Shown: positions 27,702 through 36,837, counted from the first letter of the stretch. The stretch is DNA of 41,055 bases from Nitrosopumilaceae archaeon (GCA_052389415.1 JBQTHX010000019.1:1-41055); one strand, 5' to 3'. The notes: generated from the sequence alone by a model not told the origin. Translations and numbers: made by a program.

Positions 27702-29219
27702 CTAACTTCCCAATTTTTTTTGTTTTAGAATATTCTTTAACATTATTCTGTTTATTCCATCAATCATTGCTTGTACGCTTGTGATTACGATATCTTCACC
27801 AATTGATTTTGCTGAGGCAAGATTGCCATATACATCTTCAACTTTTATTGTTACTTCACAAAGAGCATCAGATCCGCCTGCGATAGAATCAAGTCGGTAA
27901 TCTTTTATTCGTACTTTCGCAATCTCTCCAGTTATCTTCTGTATTGCATTAATTGATGCATCTACAGGGCCAACACCATAATCGGTTGCGATAAAGTCCT
28001 TTCCTTCTATGTTTAGTTTCACAAATGCATATGGCATGTTGCCAACGCCGGTAGAAACAGAAAACCCTGTTAAATGAACCAGTCTTCTAAGACCAGATTG
28101 TTTCATTACCTCGCCTGCAATGGAAAGTAATTCAACATCTGTAACATGTTTTCCTTGATCTCCGAGTTTTTTCACTGCCTCAAGAATTTCGTGAATCTGT
28201 TCTTTAGCGGGCTGGATCCCATATTCCTCTAGCATGGCAGCGACCCCATGCGCTCCTGCGTGCTTTCCAACTTGGAACCATCTTGTCCTTCCTACTAGTT
28301 CGGGACTGATTGGTTCATAGGTCAAAGGATTACTCAAGACTCCATGTGTGTGGATTCCGGATTCGTGACCAAATGCATTTTCTCCGACAATGGCTTTGTT
28401 TGGTTGTACGTGCACTCCTACTACACTTGAAACATACCTTGATGTCTCGTAGAGTAGTCGTGTGTTTATGTTAGTTTCATATTTCTTATCAAACTGTAAG
28501 CATTGTAATGCCATTACAAATTCTTCAAGTGACGCATTTCCAGCTCTTTCGCCAATTCCATTAATTGTTACGTGCGCACACTGTGCACCTGCTTGAATTC
28601 CGGAAATTGCATTTGCTACTGCTAATCCAAAGTCATTGTGACAATGAACACTTATCGGTAGTTTAGAAGCCTCTAGGGCATCTCTAGTAATCTCTGCCAT
28701 GTATCCTGGAGTGGAATATCCTACAGTGTCTGGAATGTCTATCCTATCTGCACCAGCATCAGCAACTTCCTTGAAGACTTTGCGCAAAAATTCTCTATCG
28801 GTTCTTGTTGCATCTTCGGCGGAGAATTCTACTTGTAATCCTCTTGATTTTCCATATTGAACCGCTTCTATTGCCTTCTCTAATGCTTCCTCTCTCGAAA
28901 GTTTTAATTTGTATTTTAGGTGAATGTCAGAAGTCGCAATGAATGTGTGAATATATTTAAGACCTGCTGTAACAGCCGCATCAATATCTTTTTTGTCAGT
29001 TCTTGCCAATCCACAAATTTCCGCTTTCAAATTAGCACTAGTTATCATCTTTATTCCACTCATCTCACCTTCCGAAATTATTGGAAATCCTGCTTCGATT
29101 GCATCAACGCCAAGCTCATCCAGTCTTTTTCCGATGTTTAGCTTTTGTTCTGGTGTTAAAGCAACTCCTGGAGTTTGTTCGCCATCTCTTAATGTGGTAT
29201 CGAAAATTCTAACTTTCAT
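27702..29219 (-). CDS. leuA: 2-isopropylmalate synthase (LeuA/CimA family)
   Basis: IFDTTLRDGEQTPG, HCHNDFGLAVAN, GERAGNA, NAFGHESGIH, C-terminal regulatory domain G.GPVDA. Confidence 0.92.
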   Translation of the reverse strand: MKVRIFDTTLRDGEQTPGVALTPEQKLNIGKRLDELGVDAIEAGFPIISEGEMSGIKMITSANLKAEICGLARTDKKDIDAAVTAGLKYIHTFIATSDIHLKYKLKLSREEALEKAIEAVQYGKSRGLQVEFSAEDATRTDREFLRKVFKEVADAGADRIDIPDTVGYSTPGYMAEITRDALEASKLPISVHCHNDFGLAVANAISGIQAGAQCAHVTINGIGERAGNASLEEFVMALQCLQFDKKYETNINTRLLYETSRYVSSVVGVHVQPNKAIVGENAFGHESGIHTHGVLSNPLTYEPISPELVGRTRWFQVGKHAGAHGVAAMLEEYGIQPAKEQIHEILEAVKKLGDQGKHVTDVELLSIAGEVMKQSGLRRLVHLTGFSVSTGVGNMPYAFVKLNIEGKDFIATDYGVGPVDASINAIQKITGEIAKVRIKDYRLDSIAGGSDALCEVTIKVEDVYGNLASAKSIGEDIVITSVQAMIDGINRIMLKNILKQKKLGS

Positions 29220-29700
29220 CTGCTCCACCTCGTGCTAATGCACATATTCCAGTTCTAGCAATGTCGATGATTCCAAAACCTCTTACAAGGTCTTCAAACG
29301 CATTTATTCTATCTGGCGTTGCAGTCAATTCTACCATAATCGAGGTTTTTCTTACGTCATGTACTTTACACTCGAATGCTTTTGCTATGTTCATAATCTC
29401 CATACTGTCTGAGGGTTTTCCTACTTTTATCTTCATCAGTACAAGTTCTCTGTATACGCTCATCTTTTCATCTAAGCGTTTTACCTCTATGGTATCAATC
29501 ATCTTGTCAAGTTGCTTAATTATTTGAGCCACCTGTTTTTCGTCTCCTAGTGTTGTTATTGTCATCCTTGAAAATTCTGGATTTTCAGTTACGCCCACTG
29601 AAATGCTATCTATGTTAAAATTTCTGGATCTAAATAGATTTGTAACCTTAAACAATATTCCTGGTTTGTTCTCTACAAGTAGTGAAATTATACTCCACAT
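29209..29700 (-). CDS. ilvN: acetolactate synthase small (regulatory) subunit
   Basis: LLVENKPG.L.....F..R.FNIDS..VG, SRMTI, RELVL.K, ARTG..AL.RG. Confidence 0.95.
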   Translation of the reverse strand: MWSIISLLVENKPGILFKVTNLFRSRNFNIDSISVGVTENPEFSRMTITTLGDEKQVAQIIKQLDKMIDTIEVKRLDEKMSVYRELVLMKIKVGKPSDSMEIMNIAKAFECKVHDVRKTSIMVELTATPDRINAFEDLVRGFGIIDIARTGICALARGGADES

Positions 29701-29709
29701 TATGAACCA

Positions 29710-31398
29710 CTATGAAGGAAGAATCATATCCGTTAGAGGAGTCCCAGGAGCAACAAATGGTAAGACATCCTCTTCTGGATCTATTGGGATGTCTATTACT
29801 GTAGCTACATCGCTTTTTAACGCAGTTTTTATTGCATTACCTATCTCATCAAGTGATTGCGCTCTAATTCCTTGAGCTCCATAAGCTTGGGCAATTTTTA
29901 CATAATCAGGGCAATTCTTAAGATCAATGGCCATCATTCTTCTATCATAAAAAGTTCTCTGCCACTGTGCAACCATTCCAAGAGAAAAGTTATTCATGAT
30001 AAAAACAATCACAGGCAAGTTATCTAGAACTGATACTGCAAGGGAATTTTCTGTCATGTTAAAGCTTCCTTCTCCAGCGATATCGACAACCGGCACACTG
30101 GGTTTTGCTGCTTTTGCACCTATAGAAGCTGGAAATCCCCAACCCATTGTACCAAGACCAGTAGAGCTAAAGAATGTTCCAGGATGTATTACATCAAAAA
30201 ACAATGATGCCCACATTTGATGCTGACCCACTTCGGTTGTTACAATAGATTGATGTGGAAGTACTTCTCTGAGTTTACGTAATACTTTGGCAGCAGCAAG
30301 TGGATGATCGTGTAGTTTCAAGTTTTCTCTATAGTAATCTTTTGTTTCCTTCATTCTTTTTAACCATGGATAGTCTTCATTGCGTTTGATTGCTTTTTGG
30401 ACCAGCATCTTTACCATTATTCTTAACGACGCTTTTACATCCCCGACTATTGCCACTGTTGTTGTTTGGTTCTTGCCAATCTCTGCGGGATCCACATCCA
30501 TGTGAATAATTTTTAGTCTTTTTTCAAACTCTTCAAAAGTCCCAACGGATCTATCTGAAAATCTTGAACCGGCAGCAAGAACGCAGTCTGCCTCAGTCAT
30601 CATCTTATTTGCTTCTGCATGGCCATGCATTCCAATCGGTCCTAATGAGAGAGGGTGGTTTTCTGGAAAGGAACCTTTGCCCTTGAAAGTAGTAACTACA
30701 GGAATCATAAGAAGCTCAGCTAATGATTGGATTTCAGCAAATGCACTTGAGATAATGACGCCTCCGCCTGCAAGAATTATTGGTCTTTCTGCAGAAAGTA
30801 GCATATCTATTGCACGCTCTATCTGAGTGATATCTGGATCAACCCACGGATGATATCCTCTGATTTTCACTTCCGATGGAAATGGAATTTCGGCTTCATT
30901 TTGTTGCACATCTTTTGGTATGTCAATGAGTACAGGACCTGGCCTGCCAGTAGAGGAAATGTAAAATGCCTTCTTTACTACCTCGGGTATTTCAGTTGCA
31001 CTTGTAGGTTGAAATGCATATTTGACAATTGGATTTGAAATTCCAATAATGTCGCTTTCCTGAAATGCATCACGTCCTATCATTTTGAGTGGAACTTGAC
31101 CTGTTATAGCTACCATGGGTGCAGAATCAGCTTGAGCTGTTGCTATTCCAGTTACAATATTTGTCGCACCGGGACCAGATGTGGCAAAGCAAACTCCCGG
31201 TCTTCTGCTTACTCTACCGTAACCATCTGCCATGTGGGCTGCTGATTGTTCATGTCTTGCAAGTATGTGTCGAATGTTACTTTTGTAAAGCTCGTCATAT
31301 ATTGGCAAGTTTGCACCACCTGGAAGCCCAAAGGCTATGTCCACGCCCTCCTTTTCAAGGGCGACCATTAAAGATCTAGCACCTGATATTTTTTCCAT
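29710..31398 (-). CDS. ilvB: acetolactate synthase large subunit
   Basis: FGLPGGA, RHEQ.A.HMADGY.R, TSGPGATN, GRPGPVLIDIPKD, VGQHQMW, GLGTMG.G.P, LGMV.QWQ. Confidence 0.96.
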   Translation of the reverse strand: MEKISGARSLMVALEKEGVDIAFGLPGGANLPIYDELYKSNIRHILARHEQSAAHMADGYGRVSRRPGVCFATSGPGATNIVTGIATAQADSAPMVAITGQVPLKMIGRDAFQESDIIGISNPIVKYAFQPTSATEIPEVVKKAFYISSTGRPGPVLIDIPKDVQQNEAEIPFPSEVKIRGYHPWVDPDITQIERAIDMLLSAERPIILAGGGVIISSAFAEIQSLAELLMIPVVTTFKGKGSFPENHPLSLGPIGMHGHAEANKMMTEADCVLAAGSRFSDRSVGTFEEFEKRLKIIHMDVDPAEIGKNQTTTVAIVGDVKASLRIMVKMLVQKAIKRNEDYPWLKRMKETKDYYRENLKLHDHPLAAAKVLRKLREVLPHQSIVTTEVGQHQMWASLFFDVIHPGTFFSSTGLGTMGWGFPASIGAKAAKPSVPVVDIAGEGSFNMTENSLAVSVLDNLPVIVFIMNNFSLGMVAQWQRTFYDRRMMAIDLKNCPDYVKIAQAYGAQGIRAQSLDEIGNAIKTALKSDVATVIDIPIDPEEDVLPFVAPGTPLTDMILPS

Positions 31399-31403
31399 TT
31401 TTA

Positions 31404-31410
31404 TTCACCA
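31404..31410 (-). promoter_or_regulatory. Shine-Dalgarno-like GGTGA upstream of ilvB
   Basis: Minus strand reads ...CTTTTGGTGAATAAAA-ATG. Confidence 0.6.
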
Positions 31411-31426
31411 AAAGTAAAACTAAAAA
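31410..31426 (-). terminator. U-rich tract between leader ORF and ilvB (candidate archaeal terminator/attenuation site)
   Basis: Minus strand after the leader stop: A-TTTTTAGTTTTACTTTT (three runs of 4 or more U). Confidence 0.5.
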
Positions 31427-31427
31427 T

Positions 31428-31487
31428 CTACAGTATCAGGTCGACTAGCAAGATACTAGAAATGCCCGTCGATCCTCCTAACTTCAT
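31428..31487 (-). CDS. putative ilv/leu leader peptide, 19 aa MKLGGSTGISSILLVDLIL (not in ORF track)
   Basis: ATG AAG TTA GGA GGA TCG ACG GGC ATT TCT AGT ATC TTG CTA GTC GAC CTG ATA CTG TAG; 7 of the last 8 codons are Leu/Ile/Val; ends 29 nt before the ilvB ATG. Confidence 0.72.
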   Translation of the reverse strand: MKLGGSTGISSILLVDLIL

Positions 31488-31517
31488 TTTGAGTCTATAA
31501 TTTGTCATCAAATATAA

Positions 31518-31533
31518 TTTATAAATATTTCTA
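31518..31533 (-). promoter_or_regulatory. BRE/TATA promoter for the leader-ilvB operon
   Basis: Minus strand AGAAATAT-TTATAAA; TTTATAAA at 31518-31525, about 30 nt upstream of the leader ATG. Confidence 0.6.
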
Positions 31534-31676
31534 GAAAAATCACTTAATATTATCAAAAATATGCAATCCTTTTCATAATTATTTTAAAATCGACTAGACG
31601 TCAAGTGTTAGAAACTTTACATTTTGAGAATCTTTTCATAAGGCTTAAACGGCAAATCAGATAAGCAAGAACAATT

Positions 31677-32081
31677 TTGCCTGATACATCAGAAATAATT
31701 GAAATAATTGGCCATTTTTTTGAAGTCGGAAAAACAAAGAATCTTGCGCCGCTTCGAGCCATCCAGCTTGACGATCCTAGATTTTCAAGTTATAGCGATA
31801 TTCCTCCACTTGATTTGAAGGATTATTCAACTACAATAGCATTACAAGAACTGCGATTTGTTAGTGTTTCTGACTATAATTATGAGATCAAGAATCTGCG
31901 AGTGGATCTCTTTGGTGACACTGCTGTAGTAACTTTTGGGATAATTCAAACTGGTGTTCTTGTGGATAACTATAGCTTTCGTGGACAGCATTTATCCATG
32001 GAAAGCAGAGGAACGTTTGTTTTAGTAAAATCTCAAAAATGGAAGATAGTGCATATACATTTAACAAAAATTTCTGATTAA
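31677..32081 (+). CDS. NTF2/SnoaL-like family protein
   Basis: V.LFGDTAVV, RGTFVLVK...WKIVHIH. Confidence 0.85.
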   Translation: MPDTSEIIEIIGHFFEVGKTKNLAPLRAIQLDDPRFSSYSDIPPLDLKDYSTTIALQELRFVSVSDYNYEIKNLRVDLFGDTAVVTFGIIQTGVLVDNYSFRGQHLSMESRGTFVLVKSQKWKIVHIHLTKISD

Positions 32082-32899
32082 ACAGATGTTGCAGTCTTTG
32101 TTCTTTGTTCCGCAGTTTTGAGTTTATTAAATAAATCGTGTGCTTCCTTGACAGATGTATTTTCATGTACAATCGCTCGTACGGCCTTGATCATAGAAAC
32201 GGGATAATCTGATTGCCAGATGTTTCTTCCCATGTCTACCCCCACGGCTCCAGCTTGAAGCGCGTCATATGTTAATTGTAATGCATCAAGCTCAGTAGCA
32301 AGCTTTGGTCCACCAGCTATAATCACCGGAACGGGGCAACTATCTACAACTTTTTCAAAATTTTCACAATAATACGTTTTGACTAGATGTGCGCCAAATT
32401 CTGCTGCAATCCTACAAGCAAGAGAAAGATATCGTGCATCACGTTTCTCAAGTTCTTTTCCTACAGCAGTTACTGCAAGAACTGGTATCCCGTGTTCTTC
32501 TCCTTCATCTACTAGTTTGGCTAGACTTACAAGAGATTCATGTTCATACTGAGCTCCAACAAAGATTGATAGTGCAAGAGCAGTTACATTGAGTCTAATT
32601 GCCTCCTTTATTGAAGTAGTAATTTTTTCATTTGAAAGATCTTTTCCAATTATGCTAGCGCCTCCTGAAACTCTTAGTACCACTGGTACAGGAAAATTTG
32701 GATCAACTGAGGTACGCAAGACTCCACGTGTGAGCATAAGAGAATCAGCATAAGGCAGTAATGGTTGTATTGTTTTGCGAGGTACTTCTAATCTTTCTGT
32801 TGGCCCCAAGAAATATCCATGATCCACTGCAAGCATTACACCTCGTCCAGTCTCTGATCTAATTATCCTTGCAAGACGGTTTTTCATCCCCCAGTCCAT
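32078..32899 (-). CDS. lsrF: LsrF-like class I aldolase/thiolase (DhnA family)
   Basis: MDWGMKNRL, MLAVDHGYFLGPT, RIAAE.GA..VKTYY, PVP.IIAGGPK, GVDMGRNIWQ. Confidence 0.88.
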   Translation of the reverse strand: MDWGMKNRLARIIRSETGRGVMLAVDHGYFLGPTERLEVPRKTIQPLLPYADSLMLTRGVLRTSVDPNFPVPVVLRVSGGASIIGKDLSNEKITTSIKEAIRLNVTALALSIFVGAQYEHESLVSLAKLVDEGEEHGIPVLAVTAVGKELEKRDARYLSLACRIAAEFGAHLVKTYYCENFEKVVDSCPVPVIIAGGPKLATELDALQLTYDALQAGAVGVDMGRNIWQSDYPVSMIKAVRAIVHENTSVKEAHDLFNKLKTAEQRTKTATSV

Positions 32900-32932
32900 A
32901 TTGTTCCTTGATTTTCAAAATGAAAGTTTGCC

Positions 32933-33976
32933 TTAGTTAAGCGTTTCTGAATTTACAATAATAATTTTCATCGAATCGTTTCCATTGTGTGCATATTCAA
33001 ATGCGTTGTGAGAGTCTATAAGATCAAATTTGTGTGTAATGATTTTTTTGACATCGGTCTTGCCTTCTAGAATTAGCTTGAGAGCATTCTGAGTATCGGT
33101 ATCGGAGGCTGCATAGCTTGGCGTTATCGTTATCTCTTTAGAGTACACTTTGCTCATGTCTATAGAAAGTTTTGCATCTTTTGTTGGTACTCCAAACAAA
33201 ACAATAGTACCTCCCTTTCTAACAAACTCTATTGCTTGAGTAACTGCATCTAGATTTCCTGTTGCAATGATTGCTAAATCGACGCCACGATTTTCCGTTT
33301 TGGATAGGATCTTGTTTTGAGCTTCGGGATCGCTTGACTTAATGGATTCAGTAACTCCAAATTTTTTTGCAAAATTTAATCTAAAATCATTAATATCAAA
33401 GCAGAAAATATCAGATACTCCAAAGAGCTTGCTTAACATTACATGCATCATTCCTGTAGGTCCCATGCCAAAGATAGCTACAGCGTCGCCCTTGCTGAAT
33501 CTGATCTTATTCCATGATCTAAGGCAACAAGCCAGCGGTTCTATCATTGCTCCCTCTTCAAAACTAAGTGTATCTGGAATTTTTATCACTCCTCCATGCA
33601 ATACATTCCACTCGGGAACAATAAATTCTTCAGCTAATCCACATGGGAAAAGATTCGTTTCGGAATATTTCTTACACATTGTCTCATTTCCATGCAAACA
33701 GTAGTGACATGCATAGCATGGAACATGATGATGCACAAAAACACGCTCTCCTTTTTTGAAATCTGCGACATCTTTGCCTACCTCCATGATAATTCCGGAA
33801 GGCTCATGTCCTAACTTCATTGAAGACTGTGTATATTTTCCGTAGATTTTTTCCAAGTCAGAGCCACAAACGCCACAAGCTTGCATTTTTACTAAAATAT
33901 CGCCTTTGCCAACTTGAGGCTTTTCTATTGCTCTAATTTCAACTTGAGATGGACCTTTTACAAATGCTGCTTTCAT
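32933..33976 (-). CDS. zinc-dependent alcohol/polyol dehydrogenase (MDR family)
   Basis: CGVCGSD, GHE.SG, C..C..C...C structural Zn site, EPLAC, G.GP.G. Confidence 0.92.
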   Translation of the reverse strand: MKAAFVKGPSQVEIRAIEKPQVGKGDILVKMQACGVCGSDLEKIYGKYTQSSMKLGHEPSGIIMEVGKDVADFKKGERVFVHHHVPCYACHYCLHGNETMCKKYSETNLFPCGLAEEFIVPEWNVLHGGVIKIPDTLSFEEGAMIEPLACCLRSWNKIRFSKGDAVAIFGMGPTGMMHVMLSKLFGVSDIFCFDINDFRLNFAKKFGVTESIKSSDPEAQNKILSKTENRGVDLAIIATGNLDAVTQAIEFVRKGGTIVLFGVPTKDAKLSIDMSKVYSKEITITPSYAASDTDTQNALKLILEGKTDVKKIITHKFDLIDSHNAFEYAHNGNDSMKIIIVNSETLN

Positions 33977-34008
33977 AGTTAATTTCTAGAAATTCAAGTA
34001 TATGTGGC

Positions 34009-34305
34009 TTAAACTCCAAGTATCTGTTTTAACAACAATCTGTAGTCCACTTCTCCCTTTTGACTTCCAGGTGCAGGCAACTCAAATACTAGGGGTGTTG
34101 ATTTTTTTGAACGCAACTCAGTTAATTTGTTGCCAATATTTTTTGAAATATCATCACTAACAAGTACTAATCCAACTGAGGAGTCGTTCATGAGTCTAGT
34201 AATTTCTACAAGCGCTTTCTCAGGCGATTCTACTATTACTCCTTGTACTCCTGCAAGTTGAAAACTAGTTACAAAAACTCTGCTGCCAACAGTAACTATC
34301 TGCAC
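34009..34305 (-). CDS. atpF: A/V-type ATP synthase subunit F
   Basis: VG....V..F.LAGV.G, VGLVLV, P.V.ELP, ILGV. Confidence 0.88.
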   Translation of the reverse strand: MQIVTVGSRVFVTSFQLAGVQGVIVESPEKALVEITRLMNDSSVGLVLVSDDISKNIGNKLTELRSKKSTPLVFELPAPGSQKGEVDYRLLLKQILGV

Positions 34306-34386
34306 AAATCGCGTTTTCTTATATGTACATTTAACTTTTGTTATTTTCTGTCAATCTTTAATAGTGTCAAAAAATAGCAACGTTTC

Positions 34387-34581
34387 ATGAAACGTGATCC
34401 TCCTAGGAAAATAAAACTAATGATGACAATTATTCTCTTGTTTACTGGTTCGGGAGGACTTATTATTGGAAGTATCCTCAACGAATCATTCATCATTTTA
34501 TTAGGTTCAATTAACTTGGCATTTGCAAGCTTTATTGGAATTCGTTACATTCAATCAAAACCACATAATGAAAAAAAATAA
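34387..34581 (+). CDS. small two-TM membrane protein
   Basis: 64-codon ATG ORF with two hydrophobic segments. Confidence 0.6.
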   Translation: MKRDPPRKIKLMMTIILLFTGSGGLIIGSILNESFIILLGSINLAFASFIGIRYIQSKPHNEKK

Positions 34582-34631
34582 TATCTAATAAATGAAAATG
34601 GTCTTAAGTTACTAGTTAAAACAGTATTTGT

Positions 34632-35087
34632 ATGCAAGAAGGAGACCTGGCACCTGATTTTGAACTGCAAGACAATAATGGTAATGTTGTAAAACTAAGC
34701 ACCTTTAGAGGCCAGAAAAATGTTGTTCTTTGTTTTTATCCAAAAAACCACCTATTTTCTTGTCCTTCTAAACTGGTTTTTAAAAATGCACAAAGTACTA
34801 TCACTGTTTATCCTCAAATACTGGCATCAGACTCTGTTTTGTTCGCAATTTCTATAGATACAGTAGAGGATCAAAAAAAATTCGTAACAGAATACAATAT
34901 TCCATATAATCATTTGAGTGATCCGAAAAAAATTGCTTGTAAAGCGTATGCTGGTCTTAATCTAGCTGGACTAGCAAAACGCTCTACCTTTATCATAAAC
35001 AAGGAAGGTAAGATTGGAAAGATTTTCAGAAAGATAGATGTGGACTCACATGGTTCAGAAATTCTTGCAGCTTTGAAAAATCTCTAG
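34632..35087 (+). CDS. Bcp/PrxQ-like peroxiredoxin-fold protein (atypical active site)
   Basis: GD.APDFEL.D..G..V.LS.FRG, FYPK....SC, IS.D, LSD, RSTFII.K.G.I. Confidence 0.85.
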   Translation: MQEGDLAPDFELQDNNGNVVKLSTFRGQKNVVLCFYPKNHLFSCPSKLVFKNAQSTITVYPQILASDSVLFAISIDTVEDQKKFVTEYNIPYNHLSDPKKIACKAYAGLNLAGLAKRSTFIINKEGKIGKIFRKIDVDSHGSEILAALKNL

Positions 35088-35137
35088 TTTTGAATTCTAA
35101 CCATAAATATTTAAAGATCTGAAATAAGATTGGATTC

Positions 35138-35689
35138 GTGCTAGATCTAGTAGCAAAAAAAATGTTCCTTACCAGAGGTAGGGGCGTACACGAAGATCAA
35201 CTTACAAGCTTTGAATACGCATTGCGTGACGCAGGTATTGCTGGAACTAACTTGGTTTTGATTTCTAGCATATTTCCACCTAAGGCAAAAATTATTCACA
35301 GATCAGAAGGACTAAAACTAATCAAACCAGGGGCAGTTACCTTTGCGATATACGCAAGGCAGCAAAGCAACGAACCTCATAGATTGATGGCTGCTTCCGT
35401 AGGAATTGCAGAACCACGTGATAAAGAACGATACGGGTATCTTTCTGAATATCACTCCTTTGGTGAAACAGAAAAAGAAGCAGGAGATTATGCGGAAGAT
35501 ATTGCTGCACAAATGTTGGCATCGTCATTAGGGATAAAGTTTGATATTAACAAGAGCTGGGACGAACAAAGAAAACAATGGAAGATTTCTGGAGAGATAT
35601 ACAAAACACGAAACATTACCCAAAGTGCTGTTGGTGACACAAAGGGCAGATGGACTACTGTATTTGCAGCTGCAGTTTTGATTCTTTAA
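35138..35689 (+). CDS. pdaD: pyruvoyl-dependent arginine decarboxylase
   Basis: LTSFE.ALRDAGIA..NLV.ISSI.PP (Ser-Ser autocleavage site), GYLSEYH, WTTV.AAAV. Confidence 0.93.
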   Translation: MLDLVAKKMFLTRGRGVHEDQLTSFEYALRDAGIAGTNLVLISSIFPPKAKIIHRSEGLKLIKPGAVTFAIYARQQSNEPHRLMAASVGIAEPRDKERYGYLSEYHSFGETEKEAGDYAEDIAAQMLASSLGIKFDINKSWDEQRKQWKISGEIYKTRNITQSAVGDTKGRWTTVFAAAVLIL

Positions 35690-36837
35690 CTTTTAGTTTT
35701 AATATTTTTCATATACCATGCAATAGCAACTGCCGCAGCTATGCCTATTCCAATTAAGATATAAAATGAATTATCAGGTTGATTTACAACTATACTTTCT
35801 GATAAATCTCCTATTGTAACCATCAATTCGTTATCTGATGCTTTTGATGTCTGACCAAAAAGATATTTTCCTATTATTGTCTCCCCAGAATCTGGATCAA
35901 AAAACCATCCGTTTTGGGTAAGATCAGAGGGATAAGTTTCGCCATCTTTTTCTATAGTTGGTACATTCTGGCTCCCGTGTTTAGTTACCTTTATTGGCTC
36001 TGGCGATAAAACTACTACTTGTACTAGTGAATTAAGTGGATAAAATCCTGAACTGAAATATTTTGATCTCTCAAGACTTTCTACGTCAAAAAATTGTAAT
36101 GTATCTATTGATGTAATTTCTTTTGTTATTTTTTGATCACGTGAGACTTGCAGCTGAAAAAGAGAAGATCCTGTTTTGGGTATGATTGAAAAAGTCATAG
36201 AAGAGGCTGGATCGTTGGCAATTATTTTTGCAACATCTAAAAATCCTCCAGAATTTCTTATTTCTTTAGGAATTAAGAGTGTGGATAATCCTTCAAATAA
36301 AAATGACGTATCATATCTTTCAAAAGTATAAACAGCTGATACGGTTCCCCTTCCAGAAATTACTCCAGTGGTTTCTAGTTCTCTGTTTATCTTGTCATCG
36401 ACATGAATAAAAACCGAATGAAATTCTGCATCAATGTTAAATGATCTATTAATGTCATTAATCAACGCATCACCAATCTCTCTTCCTTTATCTTGTGCTT
36501 CAGCTATTCCGCCAGAAAATCCATCTCTTGAAATATTAATCAAAACACATGTTTTGTCAATCACGCCAAGTACACAAGAATCTTCATTAGTTATTACTAC
36601 GGCTGTAACATTTTTGAAGCTATGAATCTTCTCGTCAAGTTCTATTGGAACAAGAATTTCTTGATTGCTAGTACTTAAAACAGAGATTGAGGCTGATGTT
36701 TGATTTTGAAATTTTTGATCAATTACTACTTGAGCAGTCTCATGAAATGTTGCTAGTCTTGGTTGTTGCGCATATGAATCAGATGTATAAAGGATTAGAA
36801 AAAAAACCATCAATGTAAACATTATTACTTTGAACAT
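35686..36837 (-). CDS. secreted, C-terminally membrane-anchored hypothetical protein
   Basis: ATG 36837 gives a signal peptide (MFKVIMFTLMVFFLILYTSDSYA); C-terminal TM plus Lys-rich tail; the longer ORF start overlaps another small gene. Confidence 0.8.
   Translation of the reverse strand: MFKVIMFTLMVFFLILYTSDSYAQQPRLATFHETAQVVIDQKFQNQTSASISVLSTSNQEILVPIELDEKIHSFKNVTAVVITNEDSCVLGVIDKTCVLINISRDGFSGGIAEAQDKGREIGDALINDINRSFNIDAEFHSVFIHVDDKINRELETTGVISGRGTVSAVYTFERYDTSFLFEGLSTLLIPKEIRNSGGFLDVAKIIANDPASSMTFSIIPKTGSSLFQLQVSRDQKITKEITSIDTLQFFDVESLERSKYFSSGFYPLNSLVQVVVLSPEPIKVTKHGSQNVPTIEKDGETYPSDLTQNGWFFDPDSGETIIGKYLFGQTSKASDNELMVTIGDLSESIVVNQPDNSFYILIGIGIAAAVAIAWYMKNIKTKS

Noticed and set aside
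31590-31597. TCGACTAG repeated from the ilv leader (31441-31448)
   Set aside because: A single 8-mer match upstream of the predicted promoter; compatible with chance.
34009-34305. Stand-alone atpF as a novel system
   Set aside because: As I recall, subunit F is commonly encoded apart from the A-type ATP synthase operon in these archaea.
35686-35790. Thaumarchaeosortase substrate signal on the membrane-anchored protein
   Set aside because: TM helix and basic tail are present but no PEFG/PEF-like motif precedes the helix.
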